Origin: Nageia nagi
Taxonomy: Eukaryota; Plantae; Pinophyta
NCBI GenBank assembly: GCA_050084985.1
Contig: JBITNC010000001.1
Coordinates: forward strand, 48,422,001 to 48,486,000
DNA: 64,000 nucleotides
Direction of reading: 5' to 3'
Under the pieces are notes generated by a model. That model did not search any database and was not told the DNA's origin. It worked only from the letters and a program-made list of their open reading frames with translations. Every line of letters begins with the position of its first letter. Positions within the stretch are counted from its first letter, which is position 1. Shown here piece by piece: positions 1 to 13,466 of the stretch. The position numbers and the translations under genes were made by a program.

Positions 1-806
1 AGAGGTATAGCGGTCTTTGATTTAGCATATATGAAGCATGAAAAACAATACTTATGCATCTGATTTCGGTGAATTTAACCCCTTGTTGAAACTTTCAACC
101 TCTCCTAAATGATTCCTACAAACAATGTTTTGGAGGGGTTTTGATATTTTTCCTAGATATTCTAGGTTGTTAAGACCAACTTTGATGATGATCAAGGTCT
201 CTGCCATATGTTAGTGAACAAAAACCAGAAAGAAATAAATAAATGACTTAAAATATGCATTTGATACTTGAAACGAACAAACCAATATCAAAACAAACTT
301 GGAATTTGAGTTCAGAAGCCACTACAACGTTTTAGGGTTGAAAAATCTGGAAAGAGGAATGATGGCAGTCCTGTTCTTTGGAGAATTTCATGGATTTGAA
401 TTTTGTGGAGGTTGTCGGATGATTTCAAGACTTCGGCTCTAGGGTTCGACTAATTTTGTTAGTCTTGAAACTTTCCATTTAGGCACAAATGAATTCCAAT
501 TTGGCATAAAATTGTAGCAATGTCTTTTTCAACAAATTATCTTGAAATTGATGATCATGGAGAGCTTGAAGGGCTCATGCATCAAGAGATATAACAATTT
601 GAATCTTTGCTTGTCAAGAAGTTTGATTGTTTGAAATAACATTGAGCTTGTTATTTATATTAAGACATGATTTAAAATTGGATTAGCTGATCTTATCTTA
701 TAAAATCTGAATTTACTTTATTATTATTCTCTCCAAATAATAAATCATTTTAGATACCTAAATTTTGTATTTAATTAAATACGAAAATGAAGTTTAGGTG
801 TCTACA
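1..806 (-). mobile_element. Partial LTR (5' end) of a gypsy-type retrotransposon running off the left edge
   Basis: The minus strand starts TGTAGACACCTAA at 806. There is a TATA-like TATAAATA on the minus strand near 652-660 and no coding capacity. The other end is not in the window. Confidence 0.5.
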
Positions 807-2044
807 TTCTACAATATTACGAAATGTTGTTGGGACATTGGTCAACCTACATTGCATTACATAAAATTTATAGTGACCATAATGAGTTCTTAATGTTGCC
901 TTAAATTGCTAACATTCCCTTATCCTTATTTTGTGATAACCAAAACTCAAATCAATATTTGTAATAAATGTTGTATTAAAACAATGCAATAATCAATATT
1001 TGTAATAAATGTTTTGTATTGTAAAAACAAAAATAATGAACAATGTATTAAAACATGTACATTTATTTATGTTTATTGAATGAAAATAATTAATAGCCAA
1101 ATGCAATATGAGATCTAGCAATTAGGATTATGTGAAATTACAAAAGGAGATACAAGGAATTTATTTGGAAGGTGGAGGATTGGAAGTTTGATGGTAGACA
1201 ACTTGTGATCTCGAAGGGTGAAGCCTGGTTGTAGCCAAATGATAGATTTAGATAATTTTGAGATAATTCTAAAGGGAATAGTTTGTCAATCAAGAGGAGA
1301 AGCAAACAATGAAAGTCAAAAACATAGCTAAGGAGCTCCTCGTAAAGGCAAGCAAAGTCTGAAAACAAAGGCAAAAATTCCAAGGAAAAAATATGTATGT
1401 TCATAAGGGAGAACCAAGTGATTACTGAGATAACCAAAGAACTATTTAGTGGTTAACTAGATGTGCATGAAACATGAGGCTACCAATGCAGTCAAGTTAG
1501 GTTTGATACATATGCAACTATTCTAACCATGAAAATGCAAGCGTAAGATATGCAATTTGATAATGCAAAATACAAAGGGAAATTTTGAGAAAACATACCT
1601 TATGTGGTGTAGCAGTGGATGATACTTACCATTCATGGTAGATGGTTTGTAAATGATAGGAATTGCACTATTGTCCACAGAGATGAACATAATTTCTATC
1701 CCGATTTGACATTGCATGTCTTGTGAGCATGTCCTTATAATAGTAGAATATATGCTTAAACGAACATTATGTGAAAGACAACTGTTAGGAGCATTGCAAG
1801 TTTCATCATAAGGATCACACAATTCAGTGTTGGATGAATTAAACGAGACATGATATTCTATTTTATTTTTACATTGAACAAGTGGAAAAAAATGGTTATA
1901 TAGGTCATCACGTGCGATATCATTGAAATATGGATCAGAATCATTGGAAGGTATTTGGAATGTATCATGGCTATCATCATGGCTGTCTTCATCTACAATG
2001 TTTGTAAATATAACCTTTTGAAAAAGTATGCAATTGTCATGTTT

Positions 2045-2312
2045 AGCTGAGATACTTCTCTAGCTACAATAGTGCCAATGCAAACACAGATGCCAGAACC
2101 CAAGGGTTGCCCAGCTGGACTGATCAGCTGAGACATCCCTTCAGATTGAGCTTGACTACTCTTTTTCTTTGTTCAATTATGTATTTCCTTTTAGGGCTTA
2201 GCCCCTTTATTGTTATTAGTTTGTTTCTTAGTGAGGGCTATCTAGATCCCCACATGTTGGTTTAGTCATTTTGTAACTTACAGTCCCATTGACCACTTTT
2301 GGTCACCTGTGG
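2045..2312 (+). mobile_element. 3' fragment of the same LINE family as 34543-39780
   Basis: Shares collinear blocks with 39485-39745: tagctacaa..gatgcaaaca.aga, tttctttgttcaa.tat.tatttcctttta, ttagcccct, gtgagggctat, agtcccattga.c..ttttggtca. Confidence 0.75.
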
Positions 2313-2449
2313 TCTTCTATACCCGTCCCGAGACTATACTTTGGTCATAACTCATAATCTTGCTGAAATTGTTACTTGTGATTCAATTTGATTATTCTGG
2401 TTTTGACTTCGGCATTCTAGGAAAGGAGTTCCAAAACAATGGTGTTTTG

Positions 2450-3520
2450 ATTTTGCTATCTTGGAATGTTGGCATTTTGGATCTGTTGTCTCAAAATATT
2501 GGTGTTTTGTGTGTAGAGTGCTAGAACATTAGCATTTTGAGCTCTAGATTCTAGTAGAACATTAGTATACTGGACATGATATTGGGCAAACACGTGCTTA
2601 TAACTTGTGATCCAATATGATTGTCCCACACAAACCATCTAACTTTGTTCCATGAATTTTTTAGTATTATTGAAATTTTGACGTTGATTTTCAACTCGAA
2701 TATTGGTTATGGTAGTTGGGCAATCATAAATTCCTTCACTAATCTATAGTTGAATTTCATTTTTGAGTTTGCAACAATGATTGGCGGTATGACCTTTAGT
2801 TTGATGGTAACCACAATATGATGTTTCTCAATACCAAATTGGTTTCGTTGTATTGTTAGTTTGAACTCTCTTTGAAGGTAATGTGATCAATTATTTTTGC
2901 ATTAGGGCATCAAAGATTATTCATAGGAGTAGAAGGAAAAAGGCTTTACCCTTGTTTTAAGTTTAGACCTTTTTAATTGAATTGGTTGATCATTATCTTT
3001 AGTTGCATTCACTATGTTATTATCAATGTTCTTTATAGGATAGGGTTTTTTGGCATTTTAACGTCCACAAGGGTTTTCATACTTGATTATTATTGCTTGA
3101 ATTAAGAATTTTTTTTTGGTGAGCATCATCTGAATAGAAATTACCACAAGGTGAATTAGGTCTTTACTGAATTGCATAGAGATTTTATTAATGTAGCTGG
3201 TTTCTAGCTGTTATATCCATGTTGATATGATAAATGCATTTGCTACATGTTCAAAATTGTGGAGGGATTCGTAAAACCAGTTGATTGTTTCAATTTTTAG
3301 ACTCCTAAGGAAGTATCTAGTCATTAGTTTTTTATCATTTTCAAATTTCACATTGCATTCTTTTTGAAATAATAAGAGATGTTGCCTTGGATCTCCTTCT
3401 TCACTAAATGTTTCAAATATAAGAGATTTCTTACCTTGAGGAAGTGTGAAATTATGAATATCTAAAGAGACTTTGGCTGAAATTTTTGTAAGAGTACTCT
3501 TGATCACCCTATAGTTTCAT
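2450..3520 (-). pseudogene. gag: Decayed retrotransposon gag (Tat/Ogre type)
   Basis: ORF 3211-3507 reads FETFSEEGDPRQHLLLF...RYFLRSLKIETINWFY, a Retrotrans_gag-like core. At about 2820-2740 it reads YCGYHQTKGHTANHCCKLKNEIQL, the CxxHxxxGHxxxxC knuckle typical of Tat/Ogre gag. Confidence 0.8.
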
Positions 3521-5723
3521 GAATTTTGTCTCATCTCTAGTTTGATACAATAGTTTCCTTACTTTGTCATTTTTAATTTTGCTTGTACCCTAGAAGCCGG
3601 CGGAGTTGAACCTCATGCGCCATGACTATTGAGATTGTTTTGAGTATTTTTGATTGCATTTCAAGAAAAGTTGGTATTCTTCTTCCATACTAGTAGCATT
3701 GAAAAATTGTTCAACTAGGTTTAATAGCAAGTTGGGCCCAGGAGGGTCCCCACAAAGCTAAAAACGACTGAAGGTAACCATAAATACAAAAAGAGGGGGA
3801 TCGAAATCCTATATGCATGAAAGAAAGGAGAATACAATAAGAGCATTTCAAATAAATAAATAAGAGTACTATATTGCCAAAATTGGATGCTCAAGGACGT
3901 GCTAAGGAGTGTGAGAGGGTGCTCCCCCTATCGTAGTTGTAGTGAAGTCTCTTCGATTCTTGGAGTTGATAGTCGTAACACCACCAACGGGACCTCTCCT
4001 TTGAGAGAGGTTGAAAGAAGGATGTGATGCGACAATCGTTGCTCGAGAGCTAGGTTGGGATAGAAGGTGCTTCCATTGAAGGAAAGCCTCTGCATGTAGA
4101 GTACCACACATCTTTGGTTTGTATGCTAGAAAAAGGAGGAGATTTATCCATGGGAGTCTTAGAAAAGATAATGGTACCATCCTTGAATCTCGTAGTAAAT
4201 TGAGCATTGAATGATGAAATGGTCCTCAAACTCAATCTCAACTGCACACAAGTGACAAACTTTGAGCTCACGTGCTAGATGGTGATCCATCTCAGTCCGT
4301 AATTGGTGTGAGCAAAACCCGAAATTGACTAAGAAACATCCTCAACCAAAGAGGTAGATGTAAGTTGATATAAATAGGGGTGACGAGCTGTCCTCTATCA
4401 ATTTGCATAAAGTGTTGAGAGTAGTGGAGTAGCTTGGGCATGAGAGGTTGCTAGGGAGCGACTAAAGTACCATGGATGTATGCTCTGTAAATTGGATCAC
4501 GAATTGAGTTCAATGAGTCATTTGGAGATGTGGATGAATCTAGCATGGGGGTAGGTAATTGGTCGTGTGAAAAACCTAAGTGATGCAACATATATGAGAC
4601 CTTAGTTAATGAACACCAACAACAACCCTATGTTGCTAACTCCATTGGCAAGGCTAAGGCCATGGCAAGGAGTTTGTCAATTTCAACATCTAAAGTTTTG
4701 AAGCCCTGGAAGCATGGGAGCAAAAGGGTCACCACTACTAGAGCCCACACTTGAAGAGGTTGACAATCGAACTTTGCAAATATAATGTGATGGAGAATGA
4801 TCCTCTTGCTCTGAATGGAGCTGGATAATGTATTGATTAGGATCCTTTCTGTCGTGGCCCAATTTGTTGTCCTCAAGCTAGGGCCGCAAACCTTCACACT
4901 AAAGAACTGTGGGAGTAACTAAGGTATGGAATAAATGTATCCTGGATGGTATGTCCTGGAAGTGGAGTTGCATGCAGTATCTCGAGGAAAGAAACCGTTG
5001 CATAGCCTCTACATACTCTTATGAGGAAATATAGGGAAATGTATATTGAAGGTGGTGGATTGGAAACATGTTGGTTTACAACTTGCAATCTTGGAGGGTA
5101 AACCCTACCTATAGCCAAATGATGTATTTGGATGATTTTGAAAATGACTATCTTGTAGATAATTTCGAGATGATGATTCTAGAATGACTTGGTTCAATCC
5201 TAGGGGTTGTTAAGGCTCGAAAATAGAGCATTCATGTTTTGGGGCTTATGATACTAAGACATTGCACATTATGGGCCTAGGTGCCAAAACATTGGGTGTT
5301 CTAGCATGCATGTCCATTTCAAGTTGCATTGCTTTTGAGAGGCACCTTTTGGCTTTGAAGATGTCCCTACAATTCAATTGCAATGATATTGCACTTTTGC
5401 TTCCTCTTTCTTAATGATCTTTGATAATCATACTTCTTTGATTTGCACCATGATTTGAAATTAGCATTTGAGAGTGTTTTATGAAAGACTTACAAATTGG
5501 ATTTTGAGTTCACCTAATTGGACCCACTTAGGACAATGTGTGCATAAGATAATGCTAATTTAGAGAAATTCACTTTAACCTTGATTTATCCAAAATGGGT
5601 CTAAATTAACATTTTACATGAATCAAAGAGAACAATTAATATTTGCATTAAGTACCCTTTTGACTTTCCTAGGATAACTTTTCCCTCTTTTCTCTTGCAA
5701 ACTTTGGTTAATGAACTTCAATA

Positions 5724-8700
5724 TGTTGGGATGCTTTTCTTTCCCTCGACGACCCTTTGAAGAACGCGTGTAGGACTTATGAGTTGCCCACCAACATAGT
5801 TGGGAATGCGTTACCAATTCCCTCGTTTGAAAAGGATTGGGCACCTCCAAGGCTTTTGTTTAAACACTTACTCAACGACTCAACATTTTGTCGTTGTAGG
5901 TATGCCTGCAAGCGAGATCTCGTGCTTGGGCAAGTGTTTTTGATCTAGGGATAGGTGAAAGAAAGTGCGGTATCCCTCTTTGGAATCAACCTCAATGGAA
6001 TGGAATGAGAGTTAGCAGTGTGTTAACCAACGTTGTTTTATTTGATGTATAGAGTTTATTCAAAATATCTGTGTGTGGACTTAATGATTGTATTTGGTTT
6101 TGAAAGCATAAATAAAATATTGTAAAGTGAGAGACTACACTTTGTGAACCAAAAACGGATACTTGGTTAGATACCAAACAAGTCACCATGATGAAGCATT
6201 GTCTAAAAAGTTAATCCTTTTCGGATCAGTTTAGGGATTTCATCCAGTTCATCCAGCTTTGTGAACAAACAACTATGTTCGAGTTGTTCCAAAGAGGAAT
6301 GGGGAGGAATGCTGATTGAGAGCAATCAAATGGATGTGGTGGAAGAACATGGAAAGAACAAGAGTTTGGATGTAAACCTCTAGTTTGATGTCATAAAATA
6401 GGAAATAGATTCAAAATACCTCATCTAGTGCATGCTATTAACCAAGCAACTATCAAATACTGATTTCGAACACTTTAAAGAATAAAGCAATGATACATTC
6501 CCTAAAACTCTTGAGTTTTCAAAGGAAGGACGCAAAAGTGTCAAACGAGCAATGATAATCCTTAAGAAACAATTCACAACACCACAAATGGATAAACAAG
6601 CTCAATCTTTGCCTTAACCACTTTGTATTAACTTATAAAAGAGTTGTGCAAGGATACATCAATTTGCTCCTCTTTTACAAAAGTTTCACTTTTTTCACAA
6701 AATGAGCTCTAGTGAAAATGAGACCCCATGCCATTTATTTATAGGCAAAATTAGGTCAAATTCTCAAGTGTTGCCCTAATTTCTAGAAAAACACTAAAAT
6801 GCTAATTTGAATAATAAATTGAGATTACAATATCGTTTTAGTGGGAGAACAGTCTCATCCCACTAAAATATGCTTGAAATAAAATATTTACAAAAATTGA
6901 TGCCCTTCAGCATGGATTTTGAGGCGTTTTGCATCAATTTGGCAAAATTTGGAGCTTCAAATTGCCGTTTTGGATTTGTTTGTCAGTCTTTTGAGCTCCT
7001 CTTTTTTTCAATTTGGATTTGCCCTTGATGTGATCGTTCTGGCAAATTTTGAAGGAATTCTAAGAAAACTTTTCGAAAAAGTGAATTTTTGGTCTATTTT
7101 TTGGAAAAGATGGGGTGGTTCGAAATTTGAAATTTTTTTAAAAAGTGGATTTGACCCCATGGATGGATGAAGTATGGGATTTTAAGGTTCTTGGGAATTT
7201 TTGAGAGGATTTGGATCCTTTTTGCATCGAATTTGGGGCTTTTTCATGAAGGGGCATTTTGGGGCTCCATAAGGTGTTTTTGTATTTTTGGAGTTTTCCA
7301 CTCATTCCCAATATTGAGAAGAAAGGCCAAAGGTGGGAAAACTTGGAAAATGAACGCCTACGCATTTTGGGCATGATTTTCCTCTTTTTTAAAAATTTCA
7401 AAGGCCAAAGTGCTTAAATCCTTATTCCATATATGATCTCCAAATTTCTTTTTTTTTTTGAAAAAGTGAAGATTTTCAGCCTTTAGATCTTGGATCTTAG
7501 ATTTTTTTGTGTTTTTCTTCACTTTTTTGGATCAAAATCACTTCTCTTCACAATAGAAATGGGTACCCAAATCAATAATCAAAATTGATTTCTAAAATTT
7601 TGGATCTTGAGTCACAATTTCGAAAATTTGAAGTTCTCTTTTTTTTTTTTCTGATTTTCTCCATTTTGGGAGGGCAAATCCATGATTTGAGGAGTTTTTC
7701 TTGTCCAAATCATGCACTTGGGAGACCAAAATGATGTAGAATTGAATTTTGCACCCCATGAAGCTCACAAATTCCACTTTTGACAATTTTTAAGCCTCCT
7801 TGATGTTAGGTGCAGGTTTTAGGAGTTTAGGCAAGTTTTTGTAAAAATTGAAAAATGACGGAAACAAGTCAAAACTGCCGCCTAGCTTTTTGAGGGAGTA
7901 AACTTGATTTTTTTGCAACATCGCAAGAGGCAATGTTGATCTCGTTTGAATTTGACACCCTACCTTTCTTTCCAATTTTGATTTTGAGAATTTTTGAAAA
8001 AATTGGAAAATTTTAGAGCTCTCCCATTGGCTGATCCAAATTTTGGGATTTTGAGGGAGTAGATCAACTTTTTTCCAAAAACTTAAAAACATGAATGAGA
8101 TGCAAAATTGGATTTTCCATGCACCTAGGACCTAATTTTTTCGATTTTTGAGCAAAAATAGGCCCTTGCAAGCTAGGTGCAGGTTTTGAAAGATTTAGGC
8201 AAGTTTTGGAAAAAATGGAAAATGAGGGAAAAGTCTCAAAACTGCTGCCTAACTTTTTGGGAGGCAAAACTTGATTTTACATTGCAAGAGGCAATGTTGG
8301 TCTCCTTTGAATTTTGCACCCTACTTCACTCTCCTTTTTTGATTTGGCCAATTTTGGAAAATTTAGAAAATTTTGGAGCTCTTTCATTGGCCAATTGAAT
8401 TTTGATTATTTGAGGAAGTAGATCTCATTTTTTTGGAAATCTCAAATCATCAAACTTGTGTGAAATCCCATGAAGATAAAAAATTTCACTTTTTTGCAAT
8501 TTTGGGGCACAAGAAGGGTAGGCGCAGGTTTTAGGGTGTTTAGGCTATTTTTGAAATTTAACAAAACATGGGAAACATGCCAAAACCAGCGCCTAGCTGT
8601 TTTGAGGGGTATTTTTTTATTTTTTTCGAAAATTCCAAGAGGAAAAGTGCCTAAAATTGGGTTTGGCACCCTACCTCATCCTTGGATTTTCGTTTTTGCA

Positions 8701-10075
8701 TTTTTGAAATTTTGGAAAAGATGGAGCATTCCTATTGGCTGTCCTTTTGCTCATTTTCCATTTTTCTCATTTTTGGTAGAGCAAAACTTGTCGAAATCGC
8801 GAACTTGAAAGACCAATTTGATGTAGAATCACAATCCCCATGCTCTTGAGCTCAAAATTGCCATTTCAGATCAATCTAGGCCCTCCAAAAGGTAGGAACA
8901 GGTTTTGAAGAGAATAGGCCATTTTTCGAAATTTGACTGAGGGAGGGAAAACTCGCAAAACTCCCCCCCTAACTTTTCAGGGGTCAAAACTCGATTTTTT
9001 TCTAAATTTCCAAGAGTAGAGTGGCCTTAATTTGTCATTTGGCACCACATCTCTCTTAGATTTTCATTTCAAGCACTTTAGAAAAACTCACTTTTTGGGG
9101 TCAACCTGAAGCTTCTCAGACACCAAAACACTCATTTTCTGATTTTACCCCTTAAGGGTGCTCAAACTTGCTTTCCCCATTCATCCCGGGCTATATTGCA
9201 CATTCTTGACTTTCCCATCCTTTATGGGCTCAAATGGTGTATTTCTAGCCATTTCCGCATTTCGGCTCTAATATGAGTTTCGCATTTCGCTTTCGGGCTC
9301 TAAGTATGAGTTTCGACCATTTCCGGCTTTTTCGGACACTTTTGAGCTTGAACGGTGAGAAAACAATCATTTCCGGTATTTTCGGCATTTTGAGCTCAAA
9401 GTCTACATCTCCGGCCTTTTCGGACTTAAGATATGCAAAAACACTCATTTTCGGCATTTCCGAGCATTTTGAGCTCAATTTGCAATTTTGGTCAATTTCG
9501 AGCTTTCCGGGTTCAAATTGTGCAAAAATGCATATTTCTACGACACTAACTACTCCCAGGCTCAAAATTGACTAAAATGTGCTTTTCCATGCTATCGACC
9601 ATTTTTTGGCTGTTCGGGCTCTAAATTGACAAAAATGCGCTTTTTGGCTATAGATGCCCTTTATGGGCTTAATTTGTACAAAAACGCACATTTTCGTTAT
9701 CTTAACTGTATCCACTGCTCACAGGCTCAAACTTGATGAAAAATGCACCTTTGGTCATCTTGGCACCTTTGTTGCTCAATCTTGCCAAGATAGTGCCACC
9801 TTTGCTGACCCCATCTTAGAGCCAAGAAATTCATGCTCTGTTAATAGCTCTCAGATCCTAGTTCCTTGGCTGCAAAACTGGCAGCTGGATACTTTGATAC
9901 TCTTTAGGGTCTTTGTCGCATGATGTCCTTGAACTACTACCTAATATCATGTTTTCTACTCTTCAAACTGAACTATCTGTCGCCCAAAAGCCACTCTCAA
10001 GGCAATGCACATCATTGCCTTTGCAAAAATAGGGTCCCCAAAATGCTGCATCTTGGGGTGTGTTGTGCCCGCATC
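5724..10075 (-). repeat. Long LTR (~4.35 kb) with ~360-bp internal subrepeats
   Basis: It is the reverse complement of the outer solo LTR (13835-14624 plus 20426-23928), roughly 75-85% identical by eye. TATA is at about 6736-6744. The motif agg.gcaggtttt recurs at about 7809, 8175, 8520 and (more degenerate) 8893. Confidence 0.85.
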
Positions 10076-11688
10076 TAGTTAATTTAGAGAGGTAAATTCA
10101 TCTTCAGCTCCTCTTCCCATCCGTTCCTATTGGTATTAGAGGATGGTTTTAGATGGAGTCATTAGGTTATAGGAATTTGTAAATTATATATAATAACTTG
10201 TAACATTCAAAGAGATTTGTCAAAATAAGATGGGCATTATACCAAAAAAGTGAAGTCTACTTCCAAAAAACTCCAGCTATACCTGGATTTTTTGGAATTG
10301 CATGGATGCCAGTCTGTGTTAAGATGGATGTTTCACAATCCTAGCATATGGATTCCTTGAATTACTTGTGTGGTATGAATCCCTAGCAAAACGAATGGCT
10401 AAAAGAAGAGTGCAATAAAGTAAAAGTAAGGTTAACATGATGGATCCTAATGCAACCATGAAGTAATCTTAGCAGACAAAAGACGGAACTGTTGCACCTG
10501 GAGTCTTCCGACTATGGAATGATATCAGTCATTGCCCTTGTAGGATTGCAATACCTTCAACAGCAATCTTGTGGAATGCCAGAGAAGTATAGGTGCATAA
10601 TTCACTAAAATTAAATAGAATATCAGATCTGAAGGAGAGGATCTGGAGATCACACAGACGTCTATGGATTGGGAGTCACCACTTGTTTAGAGTGTTTGAG
10701 AATCAATAATTATAGAGAGTATTTAACGAGGTGTATGAGAATCAATAATCATAGGGAGTATTTAATGAGGTATTTGATGAATAGACAGTGGATTTCATCC
10801 TGCAAAGTAAAATTTTGTTGTCTTATTCACTAAACGGACAAATTTGATGAAAGTCATACCGTATTCAGGAACCTTCAAGCACATAGGTAATTGGAAGAGT
10901 TGCAGTGTATTAAATTGATCAGCAGTCCTTATCATCGAGGGACTGCAGCTGTTTCCAGAAAACCACAGTACGGATTGCTATTTCCCAAAATTTCAAATAA
11001 CAATGTCCCATCATGCTCAATGTGATCAGATGCTACTGGGCCATAGTGAAATGCTCCTATGATATAGGATAGATTCGACTTTGAGCATAGATGGTTAAGT
11101 GGCAAGCTTATTGATATATTAGTACTGATCATATTGTGGGTATTGGTTGCAATCTAACATGCCAGGTCTCCATGCAGTACTCCAATAATGAAGGACAGAT
11201 AAGGGTGGTCATATGATGTTGGAACCAGGTTGTCACCCGCATAAAGGAAAAGAAACATGGATGAGAATACTACTGTACTGATTAAGGAAATTAGTTATGA
11301 TGTCTACTTGGAATTTAATTAGCATAGTCATGGCTTCTGCTTGCAATCATCAATGTTACGAGATTTGTGCATTCATTAGTTAATGACAATATGGAAATTT
11401 TCAATCTTAGTTATATTTGTGACTCTGCTTGGGGTACCTCTTCTATATCTCATTCTCAAGAATCTCTGTATATCTCTAATCAAGAATAAATGTAATTATT
11501 TTGATCTTATATACATAAGGCTGTTTGGGACATTAATATGTTTTCCTTTATGGAAGTTAAATTTTGGTTTTGAAATTTCTGGAATATCAATGTCTGATTT
11601 CAGTAAGTCGTTGTTCTCACAAATCTGATGGTTTTAATCTTTAGATGCACATGATGATAACAAATCTTGTATTTTGATAATCTTGCAG

Positions 11689-11769
11689 TTTCTGATGACT
11701 GGAATTGCTGTCCTGAAAGTTGACCAGCTTGGTAGGAGACCTCTGCTAATTGGAGGCATAAGTGGAATT
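11689..11769 (+). CDS. VGT3: Sugar transporter (VGT3/pSuT-like, MFS sugar porter), internal exon
   Basis: Splice sites ttgcag|...|gtaaga. 81 bp encoding FLMTGIAVLKVDQLGRRPLLIGGISGI, which contains the D-x-x-G-R-R sugar porter motif. Confidence 0.93.
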
Positions 11770-12093
11770 GTAAGATCCTTTTGTCCTTCATTCACTGAGG
11801 CTGACAATCTGTTAAAAAACGGTATAGGGAATCAATTTCAGCAAGCTTTTATCTTAGGGAAACATGAGTTTTAGGGAGAAGTTGAAATGGATTATGTTAG
11901 GTGTTTTATGTGATATTTATTATCTTCTCTGATTCTTTCCTTGGGCAATTACTTTGTTTAATTTCAGGATTTACTGTATCCATTTTTTTCCTAACATTGT
12001 TATTTAAATAGTGTTTCACATTCCTTTATTTTTTTGTTTGAAGTCTCAGTTAAAAAATAATAAGCAAGCAATTTTTGTATTTTGTTTTTGCAG

Positions 12094-12192
12094 ATGGTAT
12101 CATTATTCCTGCTTGCAGCTTATTACAATTTTCTCAGTGGTGCACCTATTGTGGCAGTTCTTGCACTGCTGTTGTATGTTGGCAGTTATCAA
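12094..12192 (+). CDS. VGT3: Sugar transporter (VGT3/pSuT-like), internal exon
   Basis: Splice sites tttttgcag|...|gtattg. 99 bp encoding MVSLFLLAAYYNFLSGAPIVAVLALLLYVGSYQ. Confidence 0.93.
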
Positions 12193-13328
12193 GTATTGAC
12201 CCTTCTTAATACCCAAAATTTGCTATATACATTTGCATGTTCTTATGGATGTTGGATTCTTTGTTAATGAATTCTCACTATATACAAAATAAACTATTAA
12301 GTTAATAGTTAAATCTTAATACATTATCAGGCTTCAAGTTAAAACTACATATTATATGCATTTTGTGACGCTGAGCTTCAGTTTTATGATTTTGCAACTT
12401 TTGTCATTAACAATGTTATCTAGAATATGTTCTTTTCCTTTGATAGCCAGAAAGATTTGCATCGTATTTGAGTTGAAATGCAATAGGTGCATTATATATG
12501 TGTATGTGATTCAAGTTGTGAGCCTTTTCAAGGGAGGCACTTTTAGGGTAGCATCACTGGACAAATATCGAAAGAACCATTTTATTACCATGATTATAAG
12601 AGTAAGCAATCTCAGTTTCCTTTTGTGCATTGATTTTGGATTGGCAATTAGCTTAATCCCCAAGGATGCAAGGGAAGTATTTCGTGAAGTGCAATTCTGC
12701 ACCTTTGTTTCTCTTTATGTGAGGTGTTCTTACCTATTTCTCCTACCTGTCTGTTGCTTTTACTGGCAACTGTTTTGATTCATTCCTTTTATCTGATTGG
12801 TCCAGAGGAGGAAAATGATTAATTGTTACATCCTCAGTGTGCTACATTGATAGTTTACAAGAATTGTCCTTAACCATACTGCTGTTTCTTGTTTGTTACT
12901 TTATATCTGTTCTCTTAACATCTTTACTTTAGTCTGCTTTCCTTCAAGAATAGATTGATTATTTTTCTTAGTGTGAGGATTCCAGGTAATGCTAGGAAGC
13001 ATTAAGGTTCCATGAAATATTTCTTCTTTTCATGTCCATGTGGATAATCTAGTCATCATCACTTCAAGAATCACCTTCAGAAAAGTGCATTTTGTCATTA
13101 TTTCAATTGTTCATTCACTTATGCAAGTTGCATACTTCCCTATATTGCATCAATCGGTTATATTCGCATTGTATTCTGTACATAATCTCTTGTTTCATCT
13201 GTAGACTTAGTGAGATAAAGAACTGTTATCAAGAATGGAATTATATGTTTTGAATATGGATTCAGAGGAATGTACGTACCAGACCTTCTAGCTGCTACTT
13301 CATAAGAATATATTTGAGTGCAATGCAG

Positions 13329-13466
13329 GTGTCTTTTGGCCCCATTGGCTGGCTGTTGGTCTCGGAGATTTTCCCTCTACGTACAAGAGGTCGTGGGATA
13401 AGTGTTGCGGTGCTTCTGAATTTTGCCTCAAATGCTCTTGTTACATTCTCCTTCTCTCCATTGCGG
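13329..13466 (+). CDS. VGT3: Sugar transporter (VGT3/pSuT-like), penultimate exon
   Basis: Splice sites atgcag|...|gtaagg. 138 bp encoding VSFGPIGWLLVSEIFPLRTRGRGISVAVLLNFASNALVTFSFSPLR (GPxxW and SEIFP motifs). Confidence 0.95.

Larger units (their letters stand above)
2330..10075 (-). mobile_element. Truncated Tat/Ogre-like Ty3/gypsy element: 4.35-kb LTR (5724-~10075), long leader and decayed gag; no pol or second LTR
   Basis: The LTR 3' end GGGAAAGAAAAGCATCCCAACA is at 5724 (minus) and the LTR is homologous to the outer solo LTR at 13835-23928. A gag region lies downstream in the same orientation. No PBS or TSD was found, so the link between LTR and gag is inferred. Confidence 0.65.

Noticed and set aside
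1138-2030. Two 99-aa minus-strand ORFs, possibly a transposase remnant
   Set aside because: No recognisable motif, so a call cannot be supported.
6900-9900. Many K/F-rich ORFs in the ORF track (also 21229-22841)
   Set aside because: They are translations of A/T-tract LTR subrepeats on both strands, with no protein motifs.
5719-10085. Calling the left LTR a solo LTR
   Set aside because: The flanks (CAATA versus TAGTT/GTTAA) do not form a TSD and its 5' terminus is altered.
10080-11300. Possible very old gypsy remnant (TGGTATTAGAG at about 10131) and a 39-bp tandem duplicate at about 10698-10775
   Set aside because: Too decayed to assign domains or boundaries.
810-11680. Search for the upstream sugar transporter exons (QQITGQPSVLYY / AGFSAASDAT-like)
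   Set aside because: No matching exon with splice sites was seen. TCAGATGCTACT at about 11026 runs into a stop. The upstream exons are presumed to be outside the window.
12356-12778. 140-aa ORF
   Set aside because: It lies in the intron between two well-supported exons, has the C/F/L-rich composition of intronic sequence and starts without supporting signals.
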